A program made the position numbers and the translations under genes. A stretch of DNA of 63,962 nucleotides, filler included, from Stramenopiles sp. TOSAG23-6 (taxonomy: Eukaryota): NCBI GenBank assembly GCA_900128565.1. It is 4 parts of 4 records of this genome, joined end to end, with 100 filler letters (N's around TTAATTAATTAA, not from the genome) between each part and the next. Parts side by side here need not be neighbours in the genome. Positions count along the whole stretch, not along the records: positions 1 to 16,074 come from LT636098.1; 3 more parts are not named here. One strand, given 5' to 3'. This document shows, piece after piece, positions 1 through 13,343 of the stretch. The stretch's first letter is position 1. Every line of letters starts with the position of its first letter. The notes below the pieces were generated by a model. The model was given only the letters and a program-made list of their open reading frames with translations, was not told where the DNA came from and did not search any database.

Positions 1-95
1 AATCTTGTAGGTAGTACTATTATGATTTTTTTTTTTTTTAATTTTTTTTTGTTTGAAATTTTGTACCTAACATTTTTTTTTTGTTTTTTTTTTTT

Positions 96-136
<41 letters not shown>

Positions 137-217
137 CATAGTAAATTTCGTACCTAACATAAAAAAAGCAAAAAAAAAAAAAAGTCAAAAAAAAAAAAAT
201 ATTTCTTTACTATACAT

Positions 218-414
218 GTACAATGCCTTTACGTTTAGTCTCGGGATGGAATTATCTTAATTTAGACTTATCAACATTACTCTTCTCCGCATTTGGTAAA
301 AAATACTATATATGTACAAATGTAACAATTGTCGCTGAGTGTGTCGTATCAAGAATATTTTTTCAAGAAAAAGTATACAGTGATGCTGAGCTTCCATCAA
401 TTCTACGATTATAA
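218..414 (+). CDS. CFAP20: Last exon of a CFAP20/BUG22-family flagellar protein (5' part missing)
   Basis: CTMPLRLVSGWNYLNLDL..AFG..Y..RIFFQEKVYSDAELP matches the CFAP20 C-terminus (CTMPMRLDxGWN..RxYFxDxLYSxxELP). Preceded by a family intron ending ...TATACAT at 217. Confidence 0.75.
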
Positions 415-540
415 ATAATTAAAAAAGTATACAGTGATGCTAAGCTGAACTATCATCAATTCTACGATTATAAGTAATTAAAAAAGTATACAGTGATGCT
501 GAGCTGAACTATCATCAATTATACAATTATAAATAATTAA
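367..540 (+). repeat. Three tandem ~57-60-nt copies of the CFAP20 3' end
   Basis: Unit aaaaaagtatacagtgatgct(g/a)agct...tcaatt(c/a)tac(g/a)attata(a/g)ataatt, repeated three times. Confidence 0.9.
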
Positions 541-860
541 AAACTCAATATATGTATATATTATATAGATTCTTTCAATATTAGATATACCTGATGGAAT
601 GAATGAATGATTCTCGCACAAACCTGCTCCTATATATATGAGTCTCTATGACATTGATCCAATCCGCAATGACGACGTCCCTACCTGGCACTATCTACAG
701 TGTAGTACTTGCGTACCAACGCCTCTTACTCAGTATAGACGCGCGCTTTAAAAAAAAAAATGAACCACAACTACAAACAAATCTGTCCCAACTCATGTGA
801 AGAGTGCAAAGGGACAATATCTTGATATATGCCAGTAAAATAGAAGTAGAACCGCAAAAA

Positions 861-1979
861 ATGTTTAAAAGTAGTGAAAAAGTAAATGAAATTACATGCA
901 CAAAAGATTTTTCAAAAATCTTTCATGAAAAAGATTCTCATACAAAGGTTATTCAAGCTACTGCACCCGGAAATCAAAACACTAAAATCTTGTCTTTTCC
1001 TTGCGCAAAACATAGTACTATAAAAAAACAAACATCTACTATACATTGTATTGAAAAAGATGAAAGAGTTAAAGAAAACAACACAGATAAAATCTTTCAT
1101 GATAAAATCTTTCATGAAAAAGATTCTCTTCGAGAGTCTTTTGCTTCTAATAAACCGGAAAAACAAAGCACTGATGGCTTATGCATACCAAAGACAGACA
1201 TTTTTTGTGTAAAACAACGGAATCTCAACGTTAGTAAGGATGATTCATCGATAGAACACAACAGTGATAAAATATTTCATGATAAAATCTTTCATGATAA
1301 AATCTTTCATGAAAAAGATTCTCTCAAAGATACTCCTGTAACTGTCATTCAGAAAAAGCAAAAGTGTTGTTCCCCTTGTTGTGCAAACTGTTCCTCAGGT
1401 AATATAACAAATTTAGAGCTTACAGAAGAAGAGTTGGAAGATCTTCGCTGCCTTCTCGATGTAGATGCAAAAGAGATGACTCATGAGAAACATACTCCTA
1501 GCATTTCTAGTATTTCTAATCCTCCTGGTGTTCTTAGAAATAATAATAATTACCCACCAAAGAAGTCGACAAAGAAGAGTACATCTACGAAAAAGGTGAC
1601 AGATGAAAACTCTTTAAACGTATCAAATAAAAAACGGAAATATAGAGGTCGATCGAAATGTCATTGGTGCAAAAAAAAAGATTGCAATTGCTGCCAGTGT
1701 TTCAATTGTGAAGCATGTGACCACTATCCCAAACCTTGTAAAAATCCAAGATATTCAAAACGGCGATCGTGCAACATGTGTAATAAAATCAAGTTTCGTT
1801 CTGGTTTGTGCAAAGCAAATATTCATACTTTGAAAAAACGAAACAAAAAAAACAATTTGAGAAAAACAATGAGTGAATTAAAAAGTCCCTTAAACTTTTT
1901 GCCTAGTTCACCGAGATTTCTTTGCTTTAATAGGCCTTCTGAAGTTGATACATTCATAAAAAAAAAAATTGCATTATAA
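861..1979 (+). CDS. Hypothetical Lys-rich protein with DKIFH(D/E)K repeats and a Cys-rich, possibly Zn-binding C-terminus
   Basis: Long ORF (first ATG 861), CxxC clusters, no recognised family. Mirror copy 14096-15214. Confidence 0.6.
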   Translation: MFKSSEKVNEITCTKDFSKIFHEKDSHTKVIQATAPGNQNTKILSFPCAKHSTIKKQTSTIHCIEKDERVKENNTDKIFHDKIFHEKDSLRESFASNKPEKQSTDGLCIPKTDIFCVKQRNLNVSKDDSSIEHNSDKIFHDKIFHDKIFHEKDSLKDTPVTVIQKKQKCCSPCCANCSSGNITNLELTEEELEDLRCLLDVDAKEMTHEKHTPSISSISNPPGVLRNNNNYPPKKSTKKSTSTKKVTDENSLNVSNKKRKYRGRSKCHWCKKKDCNCCQCFNCEACDHYPKPCKNPRYSKRRSCNMCNKIKFRSGLCKANIHTLKKRNKKNNLRKTMSELKSPLNFLPSSPRFLCFNRPSEVDTFIKKKIAL

Positions 1980-2317
1980 TTTAAAAAAGATAATTGAATT
2001 GAGTCATTCTGATAATTTTGATTTACAAAAAGAGAGAATTGTTTAAATAAAATAAATACCTTTTGTTTTGTTCAAACCCTAACCCTAGCCAATTTTTCAA
2101 TTCCCAAAAAAACATCTACCTTTTCAAAGTTTGAAATTTTGAATGCTACTACTACTGCGCATATTGCATATTACTACAATCGGTAATCGCTGTTATTTCC
2201 TCCGGTCGGCCGATAATTTGCTATCAAATCAAAACATTGATCGAAGTATAACATTTGATTTAAAAGAAGTATTATTTTCTATTGAATGAATTTATTTGGA
2301 GTGTATAACTATATAAC

Positions 2318-2731
2318 ATGTTCAATATGATACTACGATTGAATGTATTTCTAATACTAATCATTGTAGCCCATAGCGCTATAGAATTTACTCAAAAGCA
2401 CAAACAAGTTCACGTACAACCAAATAATACTTTTGTTCTATCAACAACCAAGAAACAAAACACGTTGTCTGCGAAAATTTCCCCCCAAGAGACAATAATC
2501 TCAAGAGTTAAAAAGGGAAAAGTAACACATCTTCGAAAACCGCTTCGATATAGAGTATTCAATTGTATCTTTTGTTCTAGAAAATCATCAACGACTGTAC
2601 ACGTTGAGTTCGAACCAGTAGATGAAGAGACAGTGCTACCTACTGTTATAACTTCAGACAATACCAAGGTGGGGGTGAAACCACCAAAGCAACCAAAACG
2701 ACTTGGTGTACCATCTCAACCAATACAATGA
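2318..2731 (+). CDS. Small hypothetical secreted protein
   Basis: 137-aa ORF with a hydrophobic N-terminal signal-like segment. Mirror copy 13344-13757. Confidence 0.5.
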   Translation: MFNMILRLNVFLILIIVAHSAIEFTQKHKQVHVQPNNTFVLSTTKKQNTLSAKISPQETIISRVKKGKVTHLRKPLRYRVFNCIFCSRKSSTTVHVEFEPVDEETVLPTVITSDNTKVGVKPPKQPKRLGVPSQPIQ

Positions 2732-3198
2732 GGCAACCAGTGAACTCATGATGATTTGCACATGTCACAAGAAGACTTGTAAAGAAGACAAAGAACTCCA
2801 TTTGAACAACTCCAAACAAGATTAGAAAACTCACAGAAGAAAACAATTTAATTAATAATGATGAGGGATGAGAATATTATAAATAAAAAAAACGAAAAAA
2901 CAAACAATACTACTTATAATATCGTATAATATATGATAATATATCGTATAATATCGTATAATATATGATAATACATACCCAGAATTCTGCCATTTATATT
3001 TCATGAAACTACAATAATTTACAGTTCACGCCAGCCAAGATCTAATACACACTCACTTACATCTGCCATTATTATATCAGAAATTCTTCTNTAATATAAT
3101 ATAATATAATATATAATCACCACAAAAATGTCTCACCTATTGCCACCTGAGTTTTCCAACTGTCAGGCTTCACGGGAATACATTTTTCTCTAAAAACT

Positions 3199-4922
3199 CT
3201 AAAAAAGTATGAATCGATAAATTTTACCTTGAGTATCATGAGGTCTTCGTGCAGTATATAATGGAAAACTTCTTTGGTTAAGGTATAGAGGAAATCTATC
3301 TACACCCTCTTGAAAATAGTATAACGCAATTCCATCTGCATTTCCATCATCGTATCGCAACGGTCTACCTCCTCCATCTGCCATGTAATCCTTTGCTTTT
3401 GCATCATTTGATATTTGAGAAATTGATTCAAATCCGAATAATTTACCATACTCTATTGGGACATCGCTCAGCAGTGGACCCAAAGCAACTTTTACATCCC
3501 ATATCGTTGATTTTTTTTGAATGTTGCATGCATAAAACTTGTTATTCCAGGAGGTCGTCACCACGATTGATGGAGGATGTGTTTCACTGTAAAAGTTTGG
3601 CTGTTTTTTACGGATAGTGATTACCTGTGCTTGTAAAACCTCTCTGCAATTCGTCACTTCTGCGTCGTGTTGTTCGTGCTCACCAACTAGTAAATTCTGA
3701 ATAAACATTTCACTATCATTGTTTCGCAAGAATCCTTCAAGCTCCTTTCCATATGAATGATTATGAATTGTTTTGGGGAAAAACTTACTTGTTGATTTAT
3801 CATTCATAATGTAATCAAAAAATCGTAATTGAAAGTTTGCCTGAAGATTGTTAAACTGACCTATATGATCAAATAATATTGTATCATCATCATTCTGATC
3901 GACATATTCCTGTCCATCTTTACGTGCAAGGTACCAGTCTTTCTCACCTACTGAGCCACCACTATTGAAACCATTATCAATAAAGTAAATTTCAATTCCT
4001 GTCCCTTGTGGTATGCATTTTGGAAAAATATTTGAAAAAAAATCTAAAAAAAATTGTTAGGTACAAAATTTCGTACGAAAAAAAAAACCAAAAAAAAAAA
4101 TTCGAATTTGAAAAAAAATAAAACATATATATCTAGTCGATCACGCAATGGTCGATCAGGTCTACTTGTGAGAATATATTCACCAACACACATGCCAAGA
4201 ATAAGAATTCGTGTTACCCTTGGGCTACGTGGAAGAAAGCCGTTAGGGTATGGACCAATCACATTTGGATCACTTAGAGGATTTGGATTTTGCGGATTTC
4301 CATCACCCTTACTTTCACCAAAAAAGGCAACAGGTTGTGGAGGAATTGGAGGAGCTTCGCGACGTTGAACTACTACAGGACCTGCTGCTACAACAACGTT
4401 TTGTTCAACACCAGGAACTTGACCAAAGGCGCCAAGTTGTTGTGGAGGAGCTTCACCCTTACTTTCACCATCATTAGCACCCCCATCGTTGCCTGCGCTG
4501 TCTCCATTATTAGCATCCCCAAAGGCGCCAAGTTGTTGTGGAGGAGCTTCACCAGCGGCGCTTATTAACCTCACGTAAATCTCTCCCAAGGTTTTATCCT
4601 CCAATCCGAGTGCTTCGAGTACTAACTTGAGCGCAATTTTTCCATCTTCCCCTGAGTTGTACCACTGTAACATCGTCTTAAAGCCGTCTTCAAAGGCTGA
4701 GCCTGGAAATAACAGTTCATTCTTCAAATGTTCGATGTCTTTCCTGCTGGCATTTTGAGACTTTAAATAGTCAACGAGACTCTCTGTTGAATCTAAAACA
4801 TCTCCTCGTTCCTTTCGATATCGTAGAAAAGGTGTAATGGAAGGTGTCAAGGCAGCTTCAATAATCAATACATATTGAGATAAAAGCAACATTGTACATG
4901 ATATACACTTGATTGTTTTCAT
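3199..4922 (-). CDS. Hypothetical secreted protein, 2 exons (intron 4013-4128)
   Basis: Signal-like N-terminus and EAPPQQLGAFG repeats. The 292-aa and 202-aa ORFs join in frame after removing an ATATGT..GCAT intron. 3' end uncertain. Confidence 0.65.
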
Positions 4923-5510
4923 GATTTGAGAGATTGTAAATATATATTTGTTTTCAATATAAAAATGGTAGAGTTTTTTTTAGCTTTATCGTGGGTGGGT
5001 AAAGTATATTTAGTTCCCTTGTCAGCTGATCAATTTATTATCCGATATTATCACTTTATAAAATTACGAAAATATTAATTTCTTCTTTTGCGTTTGTTTA
5101 GTTTGTTTCCTTGTAAATATTGTAGGATGTGTAACTCAGTTCCGTAGTATATATAACTAATAGTAAGTTAGTATTTGTTGTAATAACTAGTATTGTAGAC
5201 CACACGACGTTCTGCAAGAAAATATCACGTGATATCTTAAAAAAATTATAACCGCCCGTAAAAAATAACCGAAATTTTGATTCATCGTTATCTACTGTGG
5301 TGGAAAAAAATATTGGAACAAAACTGTTATTGTTTTTGAAAGCGCGTCATCATTTTACGCGTATGACCCAGGAACTCAGATTATAGAATATTCAGTAACT
5401 CATCTGATATTCAGATCATTCTTTCAACTCAACTACACAAACAACATTTGTGACGCGCGTGCGCATTAAAAAGGGTGTACAAAAAGACAAAAAGACAAAA
5501 AGACAAAACG

Positions 5511-7938
5511 ATGCAAATACAATCATCATCTATTCTTCTCCTTCTCTGCTTTATTGGCTATATTGGCTTTATTGCTACAGCTCCAACTGTTCATGGTATG
5601 AAAAAAGATGACCACTGGGTATATCACGTAAAACGATATGAGCGTGATTACGAAATTCCAATGTATGAAGCCATACACAACGGGGACGTACAACTGTTTC
5701 AAACTAAGCTTTTTCAAATGAAGAATGAAGACGATCTTTATTTGAGAAAGCAGATTGTTCCAAACTTGTTACGAAATTCAATATTGAATGGTTCTAGTGA
5801 AAACTGTATCGCCTGTATTCAACTTTTGATTCAAACTTTTCCATGGCTTCTTGAAGAGGAATTACTAAACACGCAAGGGGAACATGGAAAACAAACAAAA
5901 CCTTTAATACTTGCAATACATTCGAATTGTCTTTACACTGCTAAAACATTGATAAATCTAGGTGCAAAGATTCCAAAAGACACAAATACGTTTGAACCAT
6001 TATTTGCATCTATTTCAACGAATAATCTTGTAGGTAGTACTATTATGATTTTTTTTTTTTGTAATTTTTTTTTGTATGAAATTTTGTACCTAACATATTT
6101 TTTTTGATTTTTTTTTTTGAAATTTTTTTTTCACATGATAGATGGGGGTTACAAAATTTATTGATTCTGGTCTTCTTGAAGTGGCGATTAATTTCGCTGA
6201 TCCAACAAAAAATCTCGATACTCCGTTGATAACAGCAGTACGTTCAGGAAATGTTGAAATGGTTCAATTATTTGTAGAATATGGAGCAAATGTAAATGCT
6301 ATAAATACATATCATGAATCAGCTTTATTGCTAGCTGCTGGTACAAATAAAGTCGATATTGTCAATTATCTTTTATTTGAAGCAAACGCTACTGTTGTTG
6401 TGGAACGTCATGACCAACGACATATGTTTTATTTTTTTTTTAACAAAAAAATCGAATTTTTTTTTTTTTTGAAAATTTTGTACCTAACAAATTTCTTAAG
6501 ATTTTTTTTTGAAATATTTTTACAAAATACATTCGATCTAATCCCTCCACTCTATATCGCAAGTCAAAATGGATTTTCTGAAATTGTTCAATTATTAATC
6601 TCTGCTGGAGCTACAGTCGATATTCAGTATAATTGTGTGACTCCATTATTTATTGCAGCAGCAAATGGACATACACATTGTGTTGAAATTCTTTTGAATG
6701 CGACTAGTCAAGATAAAGTTGATTTCTCACATTCAAATTATATGTATGTTTTATTTTTTTTCAATTTTTTTTTTTTTTGGATTTCGTACGAAATTTTGTA
6801 CCTAACAAAAATTAAGTTTTTTTTTTGAAATATTTTTCCAAATTATATGAGTCCATTATATGTAGCCTCTAAAGAAGGACATTCTGAAGTAGTACAAAAA
6901 CTACTTACTGCAGGAGCTGATGTAAATCAAGTACATGATGACATGTATGTTTTTTTTAAATTTTAATTTTTTTTTTTTTTTTTTTAATTTTTTTTTTAAT
7001 TTTTTTTTTATTTTTTTTTTTTAATTTTTTTTTAAAATTTTTTTTTTTTTTTTTAATTTCAATGTTGTACCTAACAATATTTCTTGAAGTTTTGTTTTTG
7101 AAATAATTTTCCACAATACATGTATACTCCTGCTCATATTGCTATTCGTAAAGGTCATATTGATGTACTTGAAACCTTGATCAATTCTGGTGCAAATTTG
7201 TACAAAAGGGATGGATGTGGCCGTACGTTTTTTTTTTGTTTTCAGTTTCTAATTTGTGTTTTTTTTTTCGTACGAAATTTTGTACCTAACAAACAAAATG
7301 ACCAAAAAAAAAAAAAAAAAAATTTCACAATACATTGACTTTACTTCAAACTGCTACTAATGAGTCTTTGGATGAAGACATTTTAGACTACATACTACTT
7401 GAGGAGTCTTTAAATGAAGACATTACAGAATACTTACTTGATATTCTATGGGATTTGGAATATGGATCTGATAATGGAAAAGACGAACAAAAAGGTGATA
7501 CTGATGATGATGATGATGATGATATATGGCTTTTAGATGATCTTACTTCTGATGATGATGATGATGATATTTTAGATGATGATGCAGAAGATATTGAAAA
7601 TGATGAAAATAATTCGGATATACAACAACAACTTGCCAACAATGCGTTTCACAATGGTGCTCCAACAATTAGTACATTTTTACATGGTAATGATGTACAG
7701 TCTTTCGCTGTTGTTTCAAAACAAATGAATACAATAAGTGAATTTGAATTAAGTCAACGACGTGCAAAACGACTTAAAACCAATGCTATTCAAAATGGTC
7801 TTTCGTACTTAAATGGTAATGATACAAAATCTTTACGGTCGTTAGCTGTTGTTTCAAAACAAATGAATACAATAAGTGAGAAACGAATAAACGAAATAAG
7901 TGAATTTGAAAATGAAAATGAAGACTGGGGGACAGAAT
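5511..7938 (+). CDS. Signal peptide + ankyrin repeats + acidic tract + two F-box-like motifs; at least 6 exons
   Basis: TPLxxA ankyrin repeats are restored across introns 6030-6141, 6422-6532, 6744-6848, 6945-7121 and 7223-7335. A probable further donor at 7939 is cut by the palindrome centre. Confidence 0.85.
6030..6141 (+). mobile_element. Introner-like intron, GT-AG
   Basis: ctt|GTAGGT..gtacctaac..ttcacatgaTAG|atg. Confidence 0.85.
6422..6532 (+). mobile_element. Introner-like intron, AT-AT
   Basis: c|ATATGT..gtacctaac..caaaataCAT|tc; 111 nt, frame preserved. Confidence 0.7.
6744..6848 (+). mobile_element. Introner-like intron, GT-AT
   Basis: at|GTATGT..tccaaattaTAT|g gives VDFSHSNYMSPL with correct ankyrin spacing. 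An 11-nt direct repeat caaattatatg spans both junctions. Confidence 0.75.
6945..7121 (+). mobile_element. Introner-like intron, GT-AT
   Basis: at|GTATGT..ccacaataCAT|g; direct repeat acatgtat at both junctions. Confidence 0.8.
7223..7335 (+). mobile_element. Introner-like intron, GT-AT (junction cannot slide)
   Basis: ggc c|GTACGT..ttcacaataCAT|tg act gives KRDGCGLTLL. Confidence 0.8.
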
Positions 7939-7954
7939 GTATTTTTTTTTAATG

Positions 7955-7990
<36 letters not shown>

Positions 7991-8084
7991 AAATTTTTTT
8001 CCCAAAAAATTTTTTTAAAAAATTTTAAAAATTTTTTAAAAAATTTTTAAAATTTTTTAAAAAAATTTTTTGGGAAAAAAATTT

Positions 8085-8120
<36 letters not shown>

Positions 8121-8136
8121 CATTAAAAAAAAATAC

Positions 8137-10564
8137 ATTCTGTCCCCCAGTCTTCATTTTCATTTTCAAATTCACTTATTTCGTTTATTCGTTTCTCACT
8201 TATTGTATTCATTTGTTTTGAAACAACAGCTAACGACCGTAAAGATTTTGTATCATTACCATTTAAGTACGAAAGACCATTTTGAATAGCATTGGTTTTA
8301 AGTCGTTTTGCACGTCGTTGACTTAATTCAAATTCACTTATTGTATTCATTTGTTTTGAAACAACAGCGAAAGACTGTACATCATTACCATGTAAAAATG
8401 TACTAATTGTTGGAGCACCATTGTGAAACGCATTGTTGGCAAGTTGTTGTTGTATATCCGAATTATTTTCATCATTTTCAATATCTTCTGCATCATCATC
8501 TAAAATATCATCATCATCATCATCAGAAGTAAGATCATCTAAAAGCCATATATCATCATCATCATCATCATCAGTATCACCTTTTTGTTCGTCTTTTCCA
8601 TTATCAGATCCATATTCCAAATCCCATAGAATATCAAGTAAGTATTCTGTAATGTCTTCATTTAAAGACTCCTCAAGTAGTATGTAGTCTAAAATGTCTT
8701 CATCCAAAGACTCATTAGTAGCAGTTTGAAGTAAAGTCAATGTATTGTGAAATTTTTTTTTTTTTTTTTTTGGTCATTTTGTTTGTTAGGTACAAAATTT
8801 CGTACGAAAAAAAAAACACAAATTAGAAACTGAAAACAAAAAAAAAACGTACGGCCACATCCATCCCTTTTGTACAAATTTGCACCAGAATTGATCAAGG
8901 TTTCAAGTACATCAATATGACCTTTACGAATAGCAATATGAGCAGGAGTATACATGTATTGTGGAAAATTATTTCAAAAACAAAACTTCAAGAAATATTG
9001 TTAGGTACAACATTGAAATTAAAAAAAAAAAAAAAAATTTTAAAAAAAAATTAAAAAAAAAAAATAAAAAAAAAATTAAAAAAAAAATTAAAAAAAAAAA
9101 AAAAAAAATTAAAATTTAAAAAAAACATACATGTCATCATGTACTTGATTTACATCAGCTCCTGCAGTAAGTAGTTTTTGTACTACTTCAGAATGTCCTT
9201 CTTTAGAGGCTACATATAATGGACTCATATAATTTGGAAAAATATTTCAAAAAAAAAACTTAATTTTTGTTAGGTACAAAATTTCGTACGAAATCCAAAA
9301 AAAAAAAAAATTGAAAAAAAATAAAACATACATATAATTTGAATGTGAGAAATCAACTTTATCTTGACTAGTCGCATTCAAAAGAATTTCAACACAATGT
9401 GTATGTCCATTTGCTGCTGCAATAAATAATGGAGTCACACAATTATACTGAATATCGACTGTAGCTCCAGCAGAGATTAATAATTGAACAATTTCAGAAA
9501 ATCCATTTTGACTTGCGATATAGAGTGGAGGGATTAGATCGAATGTATTTTGTAAAAATATTTCAAAAAAAAATCTTAAGAAATTTGTTAGGTACAAAAT
9601 TTTCAAAAAAAAAAAAAATTCGATTTTTTTGTTAAAAAAAAAATAAAACATATGTCGTTGGTCATGACGTTCCACAACAACAGTAGCGTTTGCTTCAAAT
9701 AAAAGATAATTGACAATATCGACTTTATTTGTACCAGCAGCTAGCAATAAAGCTGATTCATGATATGTATTTATAGCATTTACATTTGCTCCATATTCTA
9801 CAAATAATTGAACCATTTCAACATTTCCTGAACGTACTGCTGTTATCAACGGAGTATCGAGATTTTTTGTTGGATCAGCGAAATTAATCGCCACTTCAAG
9901 AAGACCAGAATCAATAAATTTTGTAACCCCCATCTATCATGTGAAAAAAAAATTTCAAAAAAAAAAATCAAAAAAAATATGTTAGGTACAAAATTTCATA
10001 CAAAAAAAAATTACAAAAAAAAAAAATCATAATAGTACTACCTACAAGATTATTCGTTGAAATAGATGCAAATAATGGTTCAAACGTATTTGTGTCTTTT
10101 GGAATCTTTGCACCTAGATTTATCAATGTTTTAGCAGTGTAAAGACAATTCGAATGTATTGCAAGTATTAAAGGTTTTGTTTGTTTTCCATGTTCCCCTT
10201 GCGTGTTTAGTAATTCCTCTTCAAGAAGCCATGGAAAAGTTTGAATCAAAAGTTGAATACAGGCGATACAGTTTTCACTAGAACCATTCAATATTGAATT
10301 TCGTAACAAGTTTGGAACAATCTGCTTTCTCAAATAAAGATCGTCTTCATTCTTCATTTGAAAAAGCTTAGTTTGAAACAGTTGTACGTCCCCGTTGTGT
10401 ATGGCTTCATACATTGGAATTTCGTAATCACGCTCATATCGTTTTACGTGATATACCCAGTGGTCATCTTTTTTCATACCATGAACAGTTGGAGCTGTAG
10501 CAATAAAGCCAATATAGCCAATAAAGCAGAGAAGGAGAAGAATAGATGATGATTGTATTTGCAT
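8137..10564 (-). CDS. Mirror copy of the ankyrin gene at 5511-7938
   Basis: Exact reverse complement within the palindrome. Confidence 0.6.
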
Positions 10565-11152
10565 CGTTTTGTCTTTTTGTCTTTTTGTCTTTTTGTACAC
10601 CCTTTTTAATGCGCACGCGCGTCACAAATGTTGTTTGTGTAGTTGAGTTGAAAGAATGATCTGAATATCAGATGAGTTACTGAATATTCTATAATCTGAG
10701 TTCCTGGGTCATACGCGTAAAATGATGACGCGCTTTCAAAAACAATAACAGTTTTGTTCCAATATTTTTTTCCACCACAGTAGATAACGATGAATCAAAA
10801 TTTCGGTTATTTTTTACGGGCGGTTATAATTTTTTTAAGATATCACGTGATATTTTCTTGCAGAACGTCGTGTGGTCTACAATACTAGTTATTACAACAA
10901 ATACTAACTTACTATTAGTTATATATACTACGGAACTGAGTTACACATCCTACAATATTTACAAGGAAACAAACTAAACAAACGCAAAAGAAGAAATTAA
11001 TATTTTCGTAATTTTATAAAGTGATAATATCGGATAATAAATTGATCAGCTGACAAGGGAACTAAATATACTTTACCCACCCACGATAAAGCTAAAAAAA
11101 ACTCTACCATTTTTATATTGAAAACAAATATATATTTACAATCTCTCAAATC

Positions 11153-12876
11153 ATGAAAACAATCAAGTGTATATCATGTACAATGTTGCTTTTATCTCAA
11201 TATGTATTGATTATTGAAGCTGCCTTGACACCTTCCATTACACCTTTTCTACGATATCGAAAGGAACGAGGAGATGTTTTAGATTCAACAGAGAGTCTCG
11301 TTGACTATTTAAAGTCTCAAAATGCCAGCAGGAAAGACATCGAACATTTGAAGAATGAACTGTTATTTCCAGGCTCAGCCTTTGAAGACGGCTTTAAGAC
11401 GATGTTACAGTGGTACAACTCAGGGGAAGATGGAAAAATTGCGCTCAAGTTAGTACTCGAAGCACTCGGATTGGAGGATAAAACCTTGGGAGAGATTTAC
11501 GTGAGGTTAATAAGCGCCGCTGGTGAAGCTCCTCCACAACAACTTGGCGCCTTTGGGGATGCTAATAATGGAGACAGCGCAGGCAACGATGGGGGTGCTA
11601 ATGATGGTGAAAGTAAGGGTGAAGCTCCTCCACAACAACTTGGCGCCTTTGGTCAAGTTCCTGGTGTTGAACAAAACGTTGTTGTAGCAGCAGGTCCTGT
11701 AGTAGTTCAACGTCGCGAAGCTCCTCCAATTCCTCCACAACCTGTTGCCTTTTTTGGTGAAAGTAAGGGTGATGGAAATCCGCAAAATCCAAATCCTCTA
11801 AGTGATCCAAATGTGATTGGTCCATACCCTAACGGCTTTCTTCCACGTAGCCCAAGGGTAACACGAATTCTTATTCTTGGCATGTGTGTTGGTGAATATA
11901 TTCTCACAAGTAGACCTGATCGACCATTGCGTGATCGACTAGATATATATGTTTTATTTTTTTTCAAATTCGAATTTTTTTTTTTGGTTTTTTTTTTCGT
12001 ACGAAATTTTGTACCTAACAATTTTTTTTAGATTTTTTTTCAAATATTTTTCCAAAATGCATACCACAAGGGACAGGAATTGAAATTTACTTTATTGATA
12101 ATGGTTTCAATAGTGGTGGCTCAGTAGGTGAGAAAGACTGGTACCTTGCACGTAAAGATGGACAGGAATATGTCGATCAGAATGATGATGATACAATATT
12201 ATTTGATCATATAGGTCAGTTTAACAATCTTCAGGCAAACTTTCAATTACGATTTTTTGATTACATTATGAATGATAAATCAACAAGTAAGTTTTTCCCC
12301 AAAACAATTCATAATCATTCATATGGAAAGGAGCTTGAAGGATTCTTGCGAAACAATGATAGTGAAATGTTTATTCAGAATTTACTAGTTGGTGAGCACG
12401 AACAACACGACGCAGAAGTGACGAATTGCAGAGAGGTTTTACAAGCACAGGTAATCACTATCCGTAAAAAACAGCCAAACTTTTACAGTGAAACACATCC
12501 TCCATCAATCGTGGTGACGACCTCCTGGAATAACAAGTTTTATGCATGCAACATTCAAAAAAAATCAACGATATGGGATGTAAAAGTTGCTTTGGGTCCA
12601 CTGCTGAGCGATGTCCCAATAGAGTATGGTAAATTATTCGGATTTGAATCAATTTCTCAAATATCAAATGATGCAAAAGCAAAGGATTACATGGCAGATG
12701 GAGGAGGTAGACCGTTGCGATACGATGATGGAAATGCAGATGGAATTGCGTTATACTATTTTCAAGAGGGTGTAGATAGATTTCCTCTATACCTTAACCA
12801 AAGAAGTTTTCCATTATATACTGCACGAAGACCTCATGATACTCAAGGTAAAATTTATCGATTCATACTTTTTTAG
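11153..12876 (+). CDS. Mirror copy of the secreted protein at 3199-4922 (intron 11947-12062, AT-AT)
   Basis: gat at|ATATGT..tccaaaatGCAT|a cca joins the two frames. Confidence 0.6.
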
Positions 12877-13343
12877 AGTTTTTAGAGAAAAATGTATTCC
12901 CGTGAAGCCTGACAGTTGGAAAACTCAGGTGGCAATAGGTGAGACATTTTTGTGGTGATTATATATTATATTATATTATATTANAGAAGAATTTCTGATA
13001 TAATAATGGCAGATGTAAGTGAGTGTGTATTAGATCTTGGCTGGCGTGAACTGTAAATTATTGTAGTTTCATGAAATATAAATGGCAGAATTCTGGGTAT
13101 GTATTATCATATATTATACGATATTATACGATATATTATCATATATTATACGATATTATAAGTAGTATTGTTTGTTTTTTCGTTTTTTTTATTTATAATA
13201 TTCTCATCCCTCATCATTATTAATTAAATTGTTTTCTTCTGTGAGTTTTCTAATCTTGTTTGGAGTTGTTCAAATGGAGTTCTTTGTCTTCTTTACAAGT
13301 CTTCTTGTGACATGTGCAAATCATCATGAGTTCACTGGTTGCC

